Positions 29,162 through 38,984 of a stretch of 64,000 nucleotides of DNA are shown piece by piece. The DNA lies in assembly GCA_963786105.1 (NCBI GenBank), contig CAWAXX010000023.1:128001-192000 (forward strand), given 5' to 3'. The stretch is from Vulcanimicrobiota bacterium. Lineage in GTDB: Bacteria; Vulcanimicrobiota; Vulcanimicrobiia; Vulcanimicrobiales; Vulcanimicrobiaceae. Each line of letters starts with the position of its first letter. Position 1 is the stretch's first letter. Both the position numbers and the translations under genes were made by a program. The notes below the pieces were generated by a model. The model was given only the letters and a program-made list of their open reading frames with translations. It did no database searches and had not been told where the DNA came from.

Positions 29162-30691
29162 ATGGCCACGCCCGCGGGGAAACAGCCGAATATTCTGTTT
29201 ATAATGGCCGACGATATCGGGTGGTTTAACCTCGGATCGTATCACCAAGGCATGATGGCGAGCCGAACGCCGAACCTTGACCGATTGGCCGCCGAAGGCA
29301 TCCGTTTTACCGACTACTACGCCGAGGCAAGCTGTACGGCGGGCCGCGCAAACTTCATCACCGGCCAGTTGCCGATCAGAACCGGTTTGACGACCGTCGG
29401 CCAGGCCGGCGCGAAGGTTGGAATGCCGGCCGAAGCTCCAACGATTGCCACCGCCCTTCGGTCGATGGGCTATGCCACCGGGCAGTTCGGTAAAAATCAC
29501 CTCGGCGATCTCAACGAGTATCTTCCGACGGTTCACGGCTTTGATGAGTTCTTCGGTTACCTCTACCACCTTGACGCGATGGAGGACCCGTCGCACCCGA
29601 ATTACCCGCAAGACCTCAAAGACAAGATCGGTCCGCGCAATATGGTGCACAGCTGGGCGACCGATAAGGACGATCCAACCGTCCAGCCGCGCTGGGGGAA
29701 AGTCGGAAAGCAAAAAATCGAAGACGCAGGGACGCTCTACCCCGATCGTATGGAGACGGTCGACGACGAGATCCTCGCCCATGCCTTCAAATTCATCGAT
29801 GGCGCGAAGGCGAGCGGCAAACCGTTTTTCTGCTGGCTCAATCCGACGCGCATGCACGTCGTAACGCACCTTTCGGAAAAATACGAAAAGATGCGCACGG
29901 CAGAAAACGGGTGGTCGATCTCGGAGGCCGGCATGGCTCAACTCGACGATATCGTTGGAGCGGCTCTAAAAAAACTCAAAGACGATGGGCTGGAAGACAA
30001 CACGATCGTGGTATTCACCACCGACAACGGGACCGAAAATTTTACGTGGCCCGATGGCGGTCAAACCCCATTTGCCGGTGGCAAGGGTACGGTCCTCGAG
30101 GGCGGTTTCCGCGCTCCGTGCGTCGCGCGCTGGCCGGGAAGAATTCCAGCCGGTACGGTCGAGAACGGCATCATGTCGGGCCTGGACTGGTTCCCCACGC
30201 TCGTGTCGGCCGCCGGAAATCCGAACGTCGCCGACGAGCTGACGAAAGGCAAACAGCTCGGAGACCGAACGTATACGGTGCATCTCGACGGCTACGACCA
30301 AACCAGTTTCCTCACCGGGAAAGGGCCGTCGAATCGGCACGAGATCTTCTATTTTGCGGAAGGCACTCTCGGCGCGGTCCGCGTCAACGATTATAAATAC
30401 CGCTTCATCGATCAGCCCGGTGGTTGGCTCGGCGGCACCGTCAAAGTCGACTGGCCGATTCTCGTAAACCTGCGATTGGATCCGTTCGAGCGCACGGGCC
30501 TGTCCGGCTCGCTCGCGTTCTACAACTGGTTCGCCTACGAGTTCTGGCGCTTCGTCCTCGTTCAAGAAGTCGTCGCCAAGGCGGCGGAGACGTTCGTGGA
30601 GTTTCCACCGATGCAGAAGGGTGCGTCGTTCAACATGGAAGCGGTAAAAGAGCAAGTGCAAAGAGCGATTGCCTCGCACTCGGGCCAATAG
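29162..30691 (+). CDS. Arylsulfatase (Cys-type)
   Basis: PNILFIMADDIG, CTAGR, GKNHLG. Confidence 0.95.
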   Translation: MATPAGKQPNILFIMADDIGWFNLGSYHQGMMASRTPNLDRLAAEGIRFTDYYAEASCTAGRANFITGQLPIRTGLTTVGQAGAKVGMPAEAPTIATALRSMGYATGQFGKNHLGDLNEYLPTVHGFDEFFGYLYHLDAMEDPSHPNYPQDLKDKIGPRNMVHSWATDKDDPTVQPRWGKVGKQKIEDAGTLYPDRMETVDDEILAHAFKFIDGAKASGKPFFCWLNPTRMHVVTHLSEKYEKMRTAENGWSISEAGMAQLDDIVGAALKKLKDDGLEDNTIVVFTTDNGTENFTWPDGGQTPFAGGKGTVLEGGFRAPCVARWPGRIPAGTVENGIMSGLDWFPTLVSAAGNPNVADELTKGKQLGDRTYTVHLDGYDQTSFLTGKGPSNRHEIFYFAEGTLGAVRVNDYKYRFIDQPGGWLGGTVKVDWPILVNLRLDPFERTGLSGSLAFYNWFAYEFWRFVLVQEVVAKAAETFVEFPPMQKGASFNMEAVKEQVQRAIASHSGQ

Positions 30692-30729
30692 GGCAAGTTA
30701 CTCCAATCTCGCGGGAGCTGACGTGAACG

Positions 30730-31593
30730 ATGACGCTTCCTAAAATACTGGCGCTGATCATGATCGTTTCGACGATGTTCGGCGCCGGTCTGCAAGTCGA
30801 CCGGCAGCGCCTGCTGGAGACGTTGAGGCAGTATAGCCTGTTGGGCCGCGCGTTGCTGGCAAACTTCGTGCTCGTGCCTCTCTGCGCCGTGCTGCTCGTG
30901 AGATTCTTTCACGTCGAGACCGGCGTCGCCATCGGAATCGTCCTGATGGCGATGGCGCCCGGCGTCCCGTTCCTCGTCAACTCGGCGGGCCGAACCCAGG
31001 GCGGAAGCCTGTCGTTTGCCCTGACGATCGCGTTTTGCTTTGCGGCGCTGTCGGTGATCACGATTCCGATCACTATCCAGCTTGCTTTACCTCCTACCGC
31101 CGCGGCGCAGGTGCCGGTGGTGAAGTTCCTGACGACGCTGGTCGCTTTCCAACTCGTGCCGCTCGTTCTGGGCGCGTTGCTCGCTCCGCGCTTCGCATCG
31201 GCCGTAGCCGACAAGCTCGTAAAACTCCTCCATCTCACGTTCCTGGTAGCAACCCTCGTTCTCGTCGTGCTGATTTTCCCTCGTATCGTCAGTTCGGTTT
31301 CGACCGTCTACGGCTTCGGGCACTTGCTCATCATTGCAGCGGTCGGAGTTTTCTCGGTGCTCGCCGGATGGTTACTCGGAGGTCCGGACCGGCAGTACCG
31401 CCGCACGCTTTCGATCGCGACACTCATGCGGAACATCGGACTGTGCGTGCTCATCGGTACGGAGCCGGCGCTGGCAAATACGAACGTCGTGCCGACGATT
31501 ATCTCGTATTTCCTCATCACGTTCGTCCTCAGTCTTCCGGTGCGCGTCTACTACCGGCGAACGAGGAACGCATCCATGGCCGCTGGGTCTTAG
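30730..31593 (+). CDS. Bile acid:sodium symporter family protein
   Basis: MFGAGL, LLANFVLVP, APGVP, RNIGL. Confidence 0.85.
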   Translation: MTLPKILALIMIVSTMFGAGLQVDRQRLLETLRQYSLLGRALLANFVLVPLCAVLLVRFFHVETGVAIGIVLMAMAPGVPFLVNSAGRTQGGSLSFALTIAFCFAALSVITIPITIQLALPPTAAAQVPVVKFLTTLVAFQLVPLVLGALLAPRFASAVADKLVKLLHLTFLVATLVLVVLIFPRIVSSVSTVYGFGHLLIIAAVGVFSVLAGWLLGGPDRQYRRTLSIATLMRNIGLCVLIGTEPALANTNVVPTIISYFLITFVLSLPVRVYYRRTRNASMAAGS

Positions 31594-31606
31594 GGAGACC
31601 GGTCGT

Positions 31607-32350
31607 ATGACGCCGCTGATTTTCTCACAGTACGGTATCTGGACGTTGGGAACGATGGGGATCATCAGCTTGATCGCCGCCACCACCAACGCGTTTAACG
31701 GCGCGCTCTTGGCGCGCCGTCCCGATCATTACAAGCACTTCACGGTAATCGGCATCGTCATCCTCGCGTATGCCGGCGGCATCGGCGGCGGTATCATACG
31801 CGACGTTCTCGTCAACAAAGTCCCGTCGCCACTCGAAAACCCATGGTACTTGATCGCGTGCCTGACTGCCGCCGCGGTGGCGTTAGTCATCGACTATCGC
31901 TCCGAGCAGCGGTTCAAAGACGGCCTCTTTCAGTTCATGACGGCGTTTTCGCTGCCGTGGTACGCGATCGTCGGCGCACAAGCGGCGCTCGACGCCCACC
32001 TCGGATACATCGCCGCCGTCGTTCTCGGCGTCATCGCTACCACCGCGGGGCGCTGGATCATCGACGTGGCGTGCCAGGTCGTGCCAAAGCAGCTCGTGCG
32101 CGGAGAGTTCTTCGTTCTGGCGGCGGTGCTCACCGGCGTCGCCTACGTCGTATGCGTTCAAGCGCTCGGAATGGCCGTCGTGCCGGCGACTGCCGTCGCG
32201 TTTTTGGTCGGTTTTGGTTTTCGCCTGATTTCGCAGGCACTCGGCTGGGAGGAGTGGGAGCCGTGGGCGCCGCCCGAGCTCAAAACCGGCGAGAAGGCGC
32301 GTCACACGCTGGGTGCGGGACTGCGAGCCGAGCTCGACGACCACGATTAA
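31607..32350 (+). CDS. TRIC/UPF0126 (YadS-like) membrane protein
   Basis: GIGGGIIRDVL and second repeat TAGRWIIDV. Confidence 0.85.
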   Translation: MTPLIFSQYGIWTLGTMGIISLIAATTNAFNGALLARRPDHYKHFTVIGIVILAYAGGIGGGIIRDVLVNKVPSPLENPWYLIACLTAAAVALVIDYRSEQRFKDGLFQFMTAFSLPWYAIVGAQAALDAHLGYIAAVVLGVIATTAGRWIIDVACQVVPKQLVRGEFFVLAAVLTGVAYVVCVQALGMAVVPATAVAFLVGFGFRLISQALGWEEWEPWAPPELKTGEKARHTLGAGLRAELDDHD

Positions 32351-32358
32351 GAGCGACG

Positions 32359-32730
32359 ATGTTTGCGGCGTCAATCGGGTGGATAATGATCGTTTCGGGC
32401 GCCATCACGGCCGGCGCGGGGTTAGCCGCGCTGCTGGTCCCCCGAGAACTTCTGCGGCTCGCCTTCGGCGTGACCGACGCCGCCGGCTCGACGATATTTT
32501 TCGTACGGCATTGGGGTGTGTTGATCGGCGTTATCGGCGGATTGGTTCTATTCGGCGGCCTCGCCCCGGCGGTTCGCGATCCGGTTCTCGTCGCCGCGGC
32601 CGGTGAGAAGGTGGCCATCGTCGTCCTGATTTTCTTCGGACCGCTGAAGCGTACGGCGGCGATGACGGCTATCGCGGCCATCGACGGTTTGTTTGCCGTC
32701 CTCTACGTCGCATACTTAGCCGGTCTCTGA
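32359..32730 (+). CDS. Hypothetical 4-TM protein
   Basis: Hydrophobic ORF with RHWG motif, 8 nt after the previous stop. Confidence 0.7.
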   Translation: MFAASIGWIMIVSGAITAGAGLAALLVPRELLRLAFGVTDAAGSTIFFVRHWGVLIGVIGGLVLFGGLAPAVRDPVLVAAAGEKVAIVVLIFFGPLKRTAAMTAIAAIDGLFAVLYVAYLAGL

Positions 32731-32741
32731 GCGGTGCGCAG

Positions 32742-33554
32742 ATGATGTGGCGGAACCTGTGGTTGCTCTTGGCGCTCGCCGTGGCCATCGTGGCGTGGCA
32801 GCTGACGCGCTGGATTACGCATGTAAACCACACTCCACGCCCCGTCGTGACGATCGTCTTCGACGAGCGGCCCGCGTTCCAATTCCAGCGGGTGCCTTTC
32901 AGCCTAACCGCCCTGCAACGCGAACGGCACCAATTCCCCGAGATCGCTCTCACGGGAAGCGCTCGCGTCCTGTTTTTCGTTACGCCGTCGATGCGGTCGA
33001 TCACCATTCGCGGAATGGACGCGCGCGAGATCGCGTGCGCTGCGTTGAATGAGGCACCGGGAGCGACTGCCGCCATGCCGGCCGGCGACGCGAATATCGC
33101 GAACCTGGCGCCGATCTCGGTTCAAAGCAGCCGCGAAGGAGCGGTCATTGGGATTCCCAGCGCTATGAACGAGGCGCTTGCGCGGACGCCGGACCGCCGA
33201 GCCGGAATCTCGTGCAGGTTCGAACATCCGCTGGCCATGAAGCCTACGTTCACCGAAAGGGCTATAACGGTCCGAGCCGACACGGCACCGGGCGGAGCCG
33301 TTCTGCTGGACGTGGCCGCGCTGGAGGACATCGACGATTTGCGCTTCTCCGGCGGTCTTCAAGCACCGCTCGGGGGCGACCGTACGCGGCTCGTCTACAG
33401 CGGTGACGACGTCGTTTCGGCCGAATGGGTGGACGTTACGGCACAGGAGCAGCGCGACATCGTTCTCGTCCTGATCGGCGCGCTCTCGGCGATTGCGGCG
33501 GCCACCGCCATCGAGGCCATCCGTCCCGCCGTCGAGCGGCGGACGAAGACGTAG
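32742..33554 (+). CDS. Hypothetical protein with N- and C-terminal TM anchors
   Basis: Operonic spacing, two hydrophobic segments. Confidence 0.65.
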   Translation: MMWRNLWLLLALAVAIVAWQLTRWITHVNHTPRPVVTIVFDERPAFQFQRVPFSLTALQRERHQFPEIALTGSARVLFFVTPSMRSITIRGMDAREIACAALNEAPGATAAMPAGDANIANLAPISVQSSREGAVIGIPSAMNEALARTPDRRAGISCRFEHPLAMKPTFTERAITVRADTAPGGAVLLDVAALEDIDDLRFSGGLQAPLGGDRTRLVYSGDDVVSAEWVDVTAQEQRDIVLVLIGALSAIAAATAIEAIRPAVERRTKT

Positions 33555-33614
33555 CCTCGATTTCGAAGCATCGAACCACGAACGGAGTTTTTCGCACGAC
33601 ACGGGAGATTATCG

Positions 33615-33737
33615 ATGAAGAACGCTGACGGCGGCGACGCGCCGCTGATAGGCACCTTGCGATTCGTTTTGGTGATGGGCATCGCGTTTGTGCTACTGTG
33701 GTTCGGTATGTTCGCCTTGCTGAAGGGGCGATGGTAA
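33615..33737 (+). CDS. cbaD: ba3-type cytochrome c oxidase subunit IIa
   Basis: 40 aa MKNADGGDAPLIGTLRFVLVMGIAFVLLWFGMFALLKGRW; GGGAG RBS; stop abuts subunit II. Confidence 0.8.
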   Translation: MKNADGGDAPLIGTLRFVLVMGIAFVLLWFGMFALLKGRW

Positions 33738-34205
33738 GTGCATATTCATAAATACGAGCGCTGGTGGCTGACGTTCGGCGTCGCCATGTTGATCGTTTTT
33801 TTAGGAGTGATCGCGTTTGCGGCCGTCGTCGACAACATCAATCCGCCGAGCGGGATGGCCCAGATCGATCCCACAAAGGTAGCGCAGACGCCGCCCTTCG
33901 ACAAGCCGGGGTTACGAAAACTTCCGGATGGATCGTACGAGGTCTACTACGTCGCCCAGGTTTTTGCGTTCGTCCCGGCGAGCATTACGCTTCCCGTCGG
34001 GAGCAAGGTGACGTTCTACGTCACCAGTCCAGACGTCGTCCACGGATTCTTCATTCCCAACACCGACATCAATATGATGGCAGTCCCCGGCTGGGTCAAC
34101 ACGGCAACCCACAGGTTCGTTCATGCCGGCCAGTACTTGCTCGTCTGTCACGAATACTGCGGGATCGGCCATCAAAACATGTTCGCCAAAATCGAGGTGC
34201 GCTAG
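33738..34205 (+). CDS. cbaB: ba3-type cytochrome c oxidase subunit II
   Basis: Single TM, DVVHGF and CHEYCGIGHQNM CuA motif. Confidence 0.93.
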   Translation: MHIHKYERWWLTFGVAMLIVFLGVIAFAAVVDNINPPSGMAQIDPTKVAQTPPFDKPGLRKLPDGSYEVYYVAQVFAFVPASITLPVGSKVTFYVTSPDVVHGFFIPNTDINMMAVPGWVNTATHRFVHAGQYLLVCHEYCGIGHQNMFAKIEVR

Positions 34206-35854
34206 TGGACACGCCGAGAGAACGCTCGATGCCCGACCAGGTTCGCAACGAGAACTATCTCGTCATCGCGCACGTCTACACGGCTACGGCGGCGATTGCG
34301 TTGGGCGCCATCTTCGGCGTGTTCCAAGGTTTTTCGCGAGCCGGCGCATTGAACGCGCCGGGGTGGTTCGATTACTACCGGATCTTGACCATGCACGGCG
34401 TGTTGATGGCGCTCGTATTTACGACGTTTTTCATAACCGGGCTGTCGCTTTTCGTTGTCTATCGTGCGATTCCGCGCCCGCGCAAGCTGGCCGTAGGATG
34501 GTTCGGGTGGTGGCTCATGCTGATCGGCACCGCGATGGCCGCGGTGACGATCGTCAAGGGCGACGCCACCGTGCTGTACACGTTCTACGCTCCGCTCAAA
34601 GCCAGCCCGTGGTTCTACGTCGGCGCAACGTTGCTGGTGCTGGGTACGTGGGTCGTGGCCTTCGAGATCTTCGAGAACGTCGGCTTTTTCCGAAAGGCGA
34701 ACCCCGGTAAAGCGGTGCCGCTCGTAGTATTCTGTGCCGCCGCAACGTTCGTCATGTGGATCGTTGCGACCCTCGGCGTCGTGGCCGAAATGGGACTGCT
34801 GATACCGTGGGCTTTTGGATGGACGCCCGGCGTCAACGTCATGCTGACTCGCATGTTCTTCTGGTACTTCGGCCATCCGCTGGTGTATTTCTGGATCATG
34901 GGTGCGTACATCATCTGGTACAATATCATTCCGACCCGGTACGGCGGAAACGTGTTTAGCGACGGGCTCACGCGTCTGACGTTCATCATGCTCATCCTGC
35001 TTTCGACTCCGGTCGGCATCCATCACGAGTTCTTGGAGCCGGGCATCTCCTCGGTTTGGAAGATGCTGCACACCGTCACCACCTACGGCGTCGCGATCCC
35101 ATCGTTCATCACGGCGTTTGCCATCTTCGCTTCGTTCGAGCTGTACGCGATCAAACGCGGCAGCCGCGGGTTTCTCGCTACGATTAAAGCGTTGCCGTGG
35201 AACGATCCGACGTTCAGCGGAGCGGCGCTTGGAATGCTGCTCTTCATCTTGGGCGGTTTCGGCGGTTTGGTAAACGCGTCGTACAGCATGGATACCGTCG
35301 TGCACAACACGATTTGGATCGTCGGCCACTTCCACGTAACCGTGGGCGGACCGGTCGCGCTGACGTTTCTCGGCGCCGCGTATTGGCTGATCCCACGACT
35401 GACCGGGCGTTCACTATGGAGGCCGGAGTGGGCGCTTTTCCAAACCCGGCTCTGGTTTTTCGGAATGCTGATCATGTCGATATCGATGCACGTCGCCGGT
35501 TTGCTGGGGGCGCCGCGCCGTACCGCTAACGTCGATTATCTAGGCGCGGCGACCGCGCAAACGTGGCAACCGTACATGTTGTTGGCAGCGGTGGGCGGCT
35601 TATTCCTTTTCCTGAGCATCGCCGTCTTCGTCACGGTCGCCATCGGCACGCTCGTGCAGAACGAGAAGACCGAGCCGATCGTTGCAGAGTTCGCGACGCC
35701 GGCGAGCGCGAGCGATACGACGCCGCCCATTTTCCAACATCTGTTCCGCTGGGGATTGGTTGCGCTGGGTTTGGCGGTTCTGGCGTACGCTGGTCCGCTG
35801 GGCGAGCTGTTGCGCCATCCAGGATATCTCGCTCCGGGGATGCGAACCTGGTAA
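34205..35854 (+). CDS. cbaA: ba3-type (B-family) cytochrome c oxidase subunit I
   Basis: TMHG, YTFYAPL, FGHPLVY, GIHH, GHFH, PRR; start GTG 34205 or ATG 34229. Confidence 0.93.
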   Translation: MDTPRERSMPDQVRNENYLVIAHVYTATAAIALGAIFGVFQGFSRAGALNAPGWFDYYRILTMHGVLMALVFTTFFITGLSLFVVYRAIPRPRKLAVGWFGWWLMLIGTAMAAVTIVKGDATVLYTFYAPLKASPWFYVGATLLVLGTWVVAFEIFENVGFFRKANPGKAVPLVVFCAAATFVMWIVATLGVVAEMGLLIPWAFGWTPGVNVMLTRMFFWYFGHPLVYFWIMGAYIIWYNIIPTRYGGNVFSDGLTRLTFIMLILLSTPVGIHHEFLEPGISSVWKMLHTVTTYGVAIPSFITAFAIFASFELYAIKRGSRGFLATIKALPWNDPTFSGAALGMLLFILGGFGGLVNASYSMDTVVHNTIWIVGHFHVTVGGPVALTFLGAAYWLIPRLTGRSLWRPEWALFQTRLWFFGMLIMSISMHVAGLLGAPRRTANVDYLGAATAQTWQPYMLLAAVGGLFLFLSIAVFVTVAIGTLVQNEKTEPIVAEFATPASASDTTPPIFQHLFRWGLVALGLAVLAYAGPLGELLRHPGYLAPGMRTW

Positions 35855-35868
35855 CGCCGTGGTGCGTG

Positions 35869-36099
35869 GTGTCATCCTGAGCGGAGGGCCGCGGGCGCGG
35901 TCGAAGGATCGTTTCGAATTACTCGCCACCCTCGGGACGTTCGCGTTTTCGCGTCCGTGCGAAAACGCTACTCGGCTGGCGCGTCGCTCCCGGCATCCGT
36001 GCCTCCGCTCCGCGTCCAGACGCCCTCGGTTCGGCGAGTAATTCGAAACGATCGTCCTCGACTGCGCTCGCTATCGCCTCACTCCGCTGAGGATGACAC
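35869..36099. repeat. Composite palindromic REPIN/MITE-like element, copy 1
   Basis: Termini GTGTCATCCTGAGCGGAG / CTCCGCTGAGGATGACAC; 21-bp perfect inner arms; 98-nt core shared with copy 2. Confidence 0.85.
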
Positions 36100-36149
36100 G
36101 GGCTGCGGAGTCCTTCGACTGCGGCGCGGAGCCCGTGCTGAGCCACCGG

Positions 36150-37046
36150 TCAGCGGTGTCTCACCGTGCAGATGGGCACTGGACTCGATCGCATCACGCC
36201 TTCGGCGACGCTGCCGAGAATGAATCGCGGGATGCCTGCGCGGCCGTGCGTGCCGACAACGACGACGTCGGCTTGCGCTTGCTGCGCCGATGCCACGATC
36301 TCCGCGGCGGCATCTCCTTCGCGAAGGTCGGTGTCCACGGCGATTCCCAGAGACGATGCGCGTACGCGACTTCTCTCGAGCAGCGGTCGCGCTCGTTCCT
36401 CGATCTCGGCTTCTAGGAACAGGTCGCGGTCAGGACCGTCCCAATCGAGTCCGGTAGCCTCAGCGACCGTACAAAGAGTTAAACGCGCGCGCTCGCGCTG
36501 CGCCAGTACGCAAGCGAATGCGAGCCCGTCGTCGGCGGCGGGCGAACCGTCGATGGCCACGAGCACGCGCTCGAGCGGTCCGGGCTTCGCGGCAGCGACC
36601 GCGCGCTGCGGAACGACGAATACCGGAACGGCGGAGGCGCGGACGACTTCATCCGCGGTACTGCCGAGCGCAAGCCGTTCGAAGCCCTGCCGCCCGCGCG
36701 TCCCCATGACGATGACGTCCGGATTGGTTTGCCGGGCGAACGTCAGAATAGCCTGCCCAGGCGGGCCTTCGAGCCTAGCGCGCTTTGCGCTAACTCCGGC
36801 GGCGCGCACCGCCGATTCCGCGCTGCCGAGAACGGCCTCAGCCTCGCTCTCGAGCGCTTCGAACATTGGCGTGGCGTCGACATACGAATACGGCGCCGCG
36901 GTGGCTGTGGCTACCGAGAGCCGATTGACGGCAAACGCAACGGTGATTTTCGAGTTGTGGATTTTCGCTCGCTCGATGGCAAACTCGAGGGCCTTGCCCG
37001 ATACCACCGAACCGTCGACCGGAACCATGATGCGCTCGAATACCAT
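36150..37046 (-). CDS. Tandem universal stress protein
   Basis: Two USP domains: IMVPVDGS..MGTRGR..LGSTA and LVAIDGS..VGTHGR..LGSVAE. Confidence 0.93.
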   Translation of the reverse strand: MVFERIMVPVDGSVVSGKALEFAIERAKIHNSKITVAFAVNRLSVATATAAPYSYVDATPMFEALESEAEAVLGSAESAVRAAGVSAKRARLEGPPGQAILTFARQTNPDVIVMGTRGRQGFERLALGSTADEVVRASAVPVFVVPQRAVAAAKPGPLERVLVAIDGSPAADDGLAFACVLAQRERARLTLCTVAEATGLDWDGPDRDLFLEAEIEERARPLLERSRVRASSLGIAVDTDLREGDAAAEIVASAQQAQADVVVVGTHGRAGIPRFILGSVAEGVMRSSPVPICTVRHR

Positions 37047-37284
37047 GGAACGCCCCCTCCGCTTGTGCATGGCGACGATCGAAATTGGCGCATCGATGGG
37101 AAGAGAAGATGAACGGCCGTTCACAACCGCTTCGTCGCGGATGCCTATCGGCGCAATCGGGTCCTGCTCACGGCTTTCCAAATCGACATGTCGTGAAGTA
37201 GTGAAGAAAAAAGATTCGGCGCCGTTCTAAAAAGACCCGTGCGTGCTGACGGAACTTCCGACCGGCCTGCCGTAGCAGTACGCG

Positions 37285-37764
37285 ATGAGGTGCTACTTCC
37301 TTCGACACGGGGTGGCGGTCGATCCGGACCAGTGGGAGGGTGACGACGCCGATCGTCCGCTCACCGCCGAGGGAAAAGAGCGTATGGCGCGCGAGGCTAA
37401 AACCATCGCGGAACTCTCGCTCGAGTTCGATGCGATAATCACGAGCCCGTTGCTACGCGCCAAGCAAACCGCCGACATCGTCGCCGACAAAATGAAGATA
37501 CGGAGCCGGCTCGTCGAAGACCGGCGCCTTGGCTTTGCCTTCGACTCGCGCGCGCTCAAGGGAATTCTTTGCGAGCGCCCCGGCGCATCGGCCATCATGC
37601 TGGTGGGGCACGAACCGAGTATGAGCCGAGCTATCGGCGAGGTCGTCGGCGGAGCCAGAATCGACTTGAAGAAGGGGAGTTTAGCATGCGTCGACTTCGA
37701 CAATCCGGCGTCGCTGGTAGGCGAGTTGGTGTGGCTAATACCGCCCAAGGTGCTGGCGCTTTAG
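37285..37764 (+). CDS. sixA: Phosphohistidine phosphatase
   Basis: RHG, RPLT..G, SPLLRAKQT, LVGHEP. Confidence 0.9.
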   Translation: MRCYFLRHGVAVDPDQWEGDDADRPLTAEGKERMAREAKTIAELSLEFDAIITSPLLRAKQTADIVADKMKIRSRLVEDRRLGFAFDSRALKGILCERPGASAIMLVGHEPSMSRAIGEVVGGARIDLKKGSLACVDFDNPASLVGELVWLIPPKVLAL

Positions 37765-37776
37765 GGAGAGACGACG

Positions 37777-37940
37777 ATGAGATTTGCTAGCGTTGCATTC
37801 GTCGCGACCGTGCCTTTTTGCGGAAAAATGCGCCGCCTGCTGTCGAACCCGGCGGCGCGGCGATCTACGTTCCGGGCGTAGACGGTTTCGTTCGCAAGCT
37901 CGATGCCGCGACCGGTCATCAGCTGAGCGCCCCTGGTTGA
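37777..37940 (+). pseudogene. Possible remnant of a secreted PQQ-type beta-propeller gene
   Basis: RBS+ATG with a signal-like start, then in another frame PAVEPGGAAIYVPGVDGFVRKLDAATG*. Confidence 0.35.
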
Positions 37941-37944
37941 CGTC

Positions 37945-38952
37945 TTATTCCCTGCCGGGGAAATGAGCGGACTGGGCGGCGAGCGTTCGTAAGTTCGCTT
38001 GAGGCCGCGCGCCGAAGTGACCGATGACTTCGGACGCGGCGAGGCTGCCGAGCCGGCCGCAGGCGCCAAGCGGCAGACCCTGTGTTAGGCCGAACAGGAC
38101 GCCGGCTGCGTACAGATCGCCCGCACCGGTCGTATCCACCACTTTGGCAACCGGTTCCGGCCGAACCTCGATCGCGTCGTCCTTCGTAACGATGAGCGAA
38201 CCGTTCGATCCACGGGTGACGGCGGCGAGCTCGGTCATGGTTCGAAGGCGTTCGACGGCGTTGTCGAGGCGATCGGTTTCAAGAAGCTCCGCTATTTCCG
38301 CCTCGTTGCCGAAAAGGACGTCGACGTGATGGTCGACGAGATGGAGAAATTCGCCTCGATGCCGTTTGACGCAAAACGGATCGGACAGCGATAGCGCGAT
38401 CCTCCGACCCGAAGCGTGGGCGATCTCGGCGGCCATGTGGAATGCCTGCTGCGCCGATGGCTCGTCGTACAAGTAGCCTTCGAGATACGTTATCGCGGCG
38501 CCGCGAATCATGTCGCCGTCCACGTCACTGGGACCGAGGCTCGCGGCGGCGCCGAGAAACGTGTTCATCGTCCGCTGCGAATCCGGGGTGACCAAGACGA
38601 GGCAGCGCGCCGTCGCCGGCCCATCGGCAGCCGCCGGCGTCGAAAACCGTGCGCCCACCGCCGTGATGTCGTGCCGGAACTCTCGGCCTAGCGCGTCGTC
38701 GCGCACTTTGCCGATGAAACCGGTTCGACCGCCGAACGACGCGATGCCGGCGACGGTATTCCCGGCGGAGCCGCCCGAGGTGACGACCGCGGCTCCCATC
38801 GCGGCGTAGAGCGCTTCGGCTTGCGACTCGTCGATCAGCGCCATGGAGCCCTTGCGCATGCCGTGTTCGGCAAGAAAGGCGTCGTCAGCCGCAGCGATGA
38901 CGTCGACGATCGCGTTTCCAATGCCGACGACGTCGAACGAATCCGGGAACAT
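37945..38952 (-). CDS. PfkB-family adenosine kinase-like protein
   Basis: GIGNAIVD, SGGSAGNT, QRTMNTFLG, DTTGAGDLY. Confidence 0.9.
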   Translation of the reverse strand: MFPDSFDVVGIGNAIVDVIAAADDAFLAEHGMRKGSMALIDESQAEALYAAMGAAVVTSGGSAGNTVAGIASFGGRTGFIGKVRDDALGREFRHDITAVGARFSTPAAADGPATARCLVLVTPDSQRTMNTFLGAAASLGPSDVDGDMIRGAAITYLEGYLYDEPSAQQAFHMAAEIAHASGRRIALSLSDPFCVKRHRGEFLHLVDHHVDVLFGNEAEIAELLETDRLDNAVERLRTMTELAAVTRGSNGSLIVTKDDAIEVRPEPVAKVVDTTGAGDLYAAGVLFGLTQGLPLGACGRLGSLAASEVIGHFGARPQANLRTLAAQSAHFPGRE

Positions 38953-38984
38953 CGACCCTCCTTTCCTCACCGAGGTGCTGTAGG

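Noticed and set aside
21538..33554. Integrative island at ssrA or tRNA-Pro
   Set aside because: Content looks accessory, but there is no integrase and I found no duplicated 3' end of either RNA by eye.
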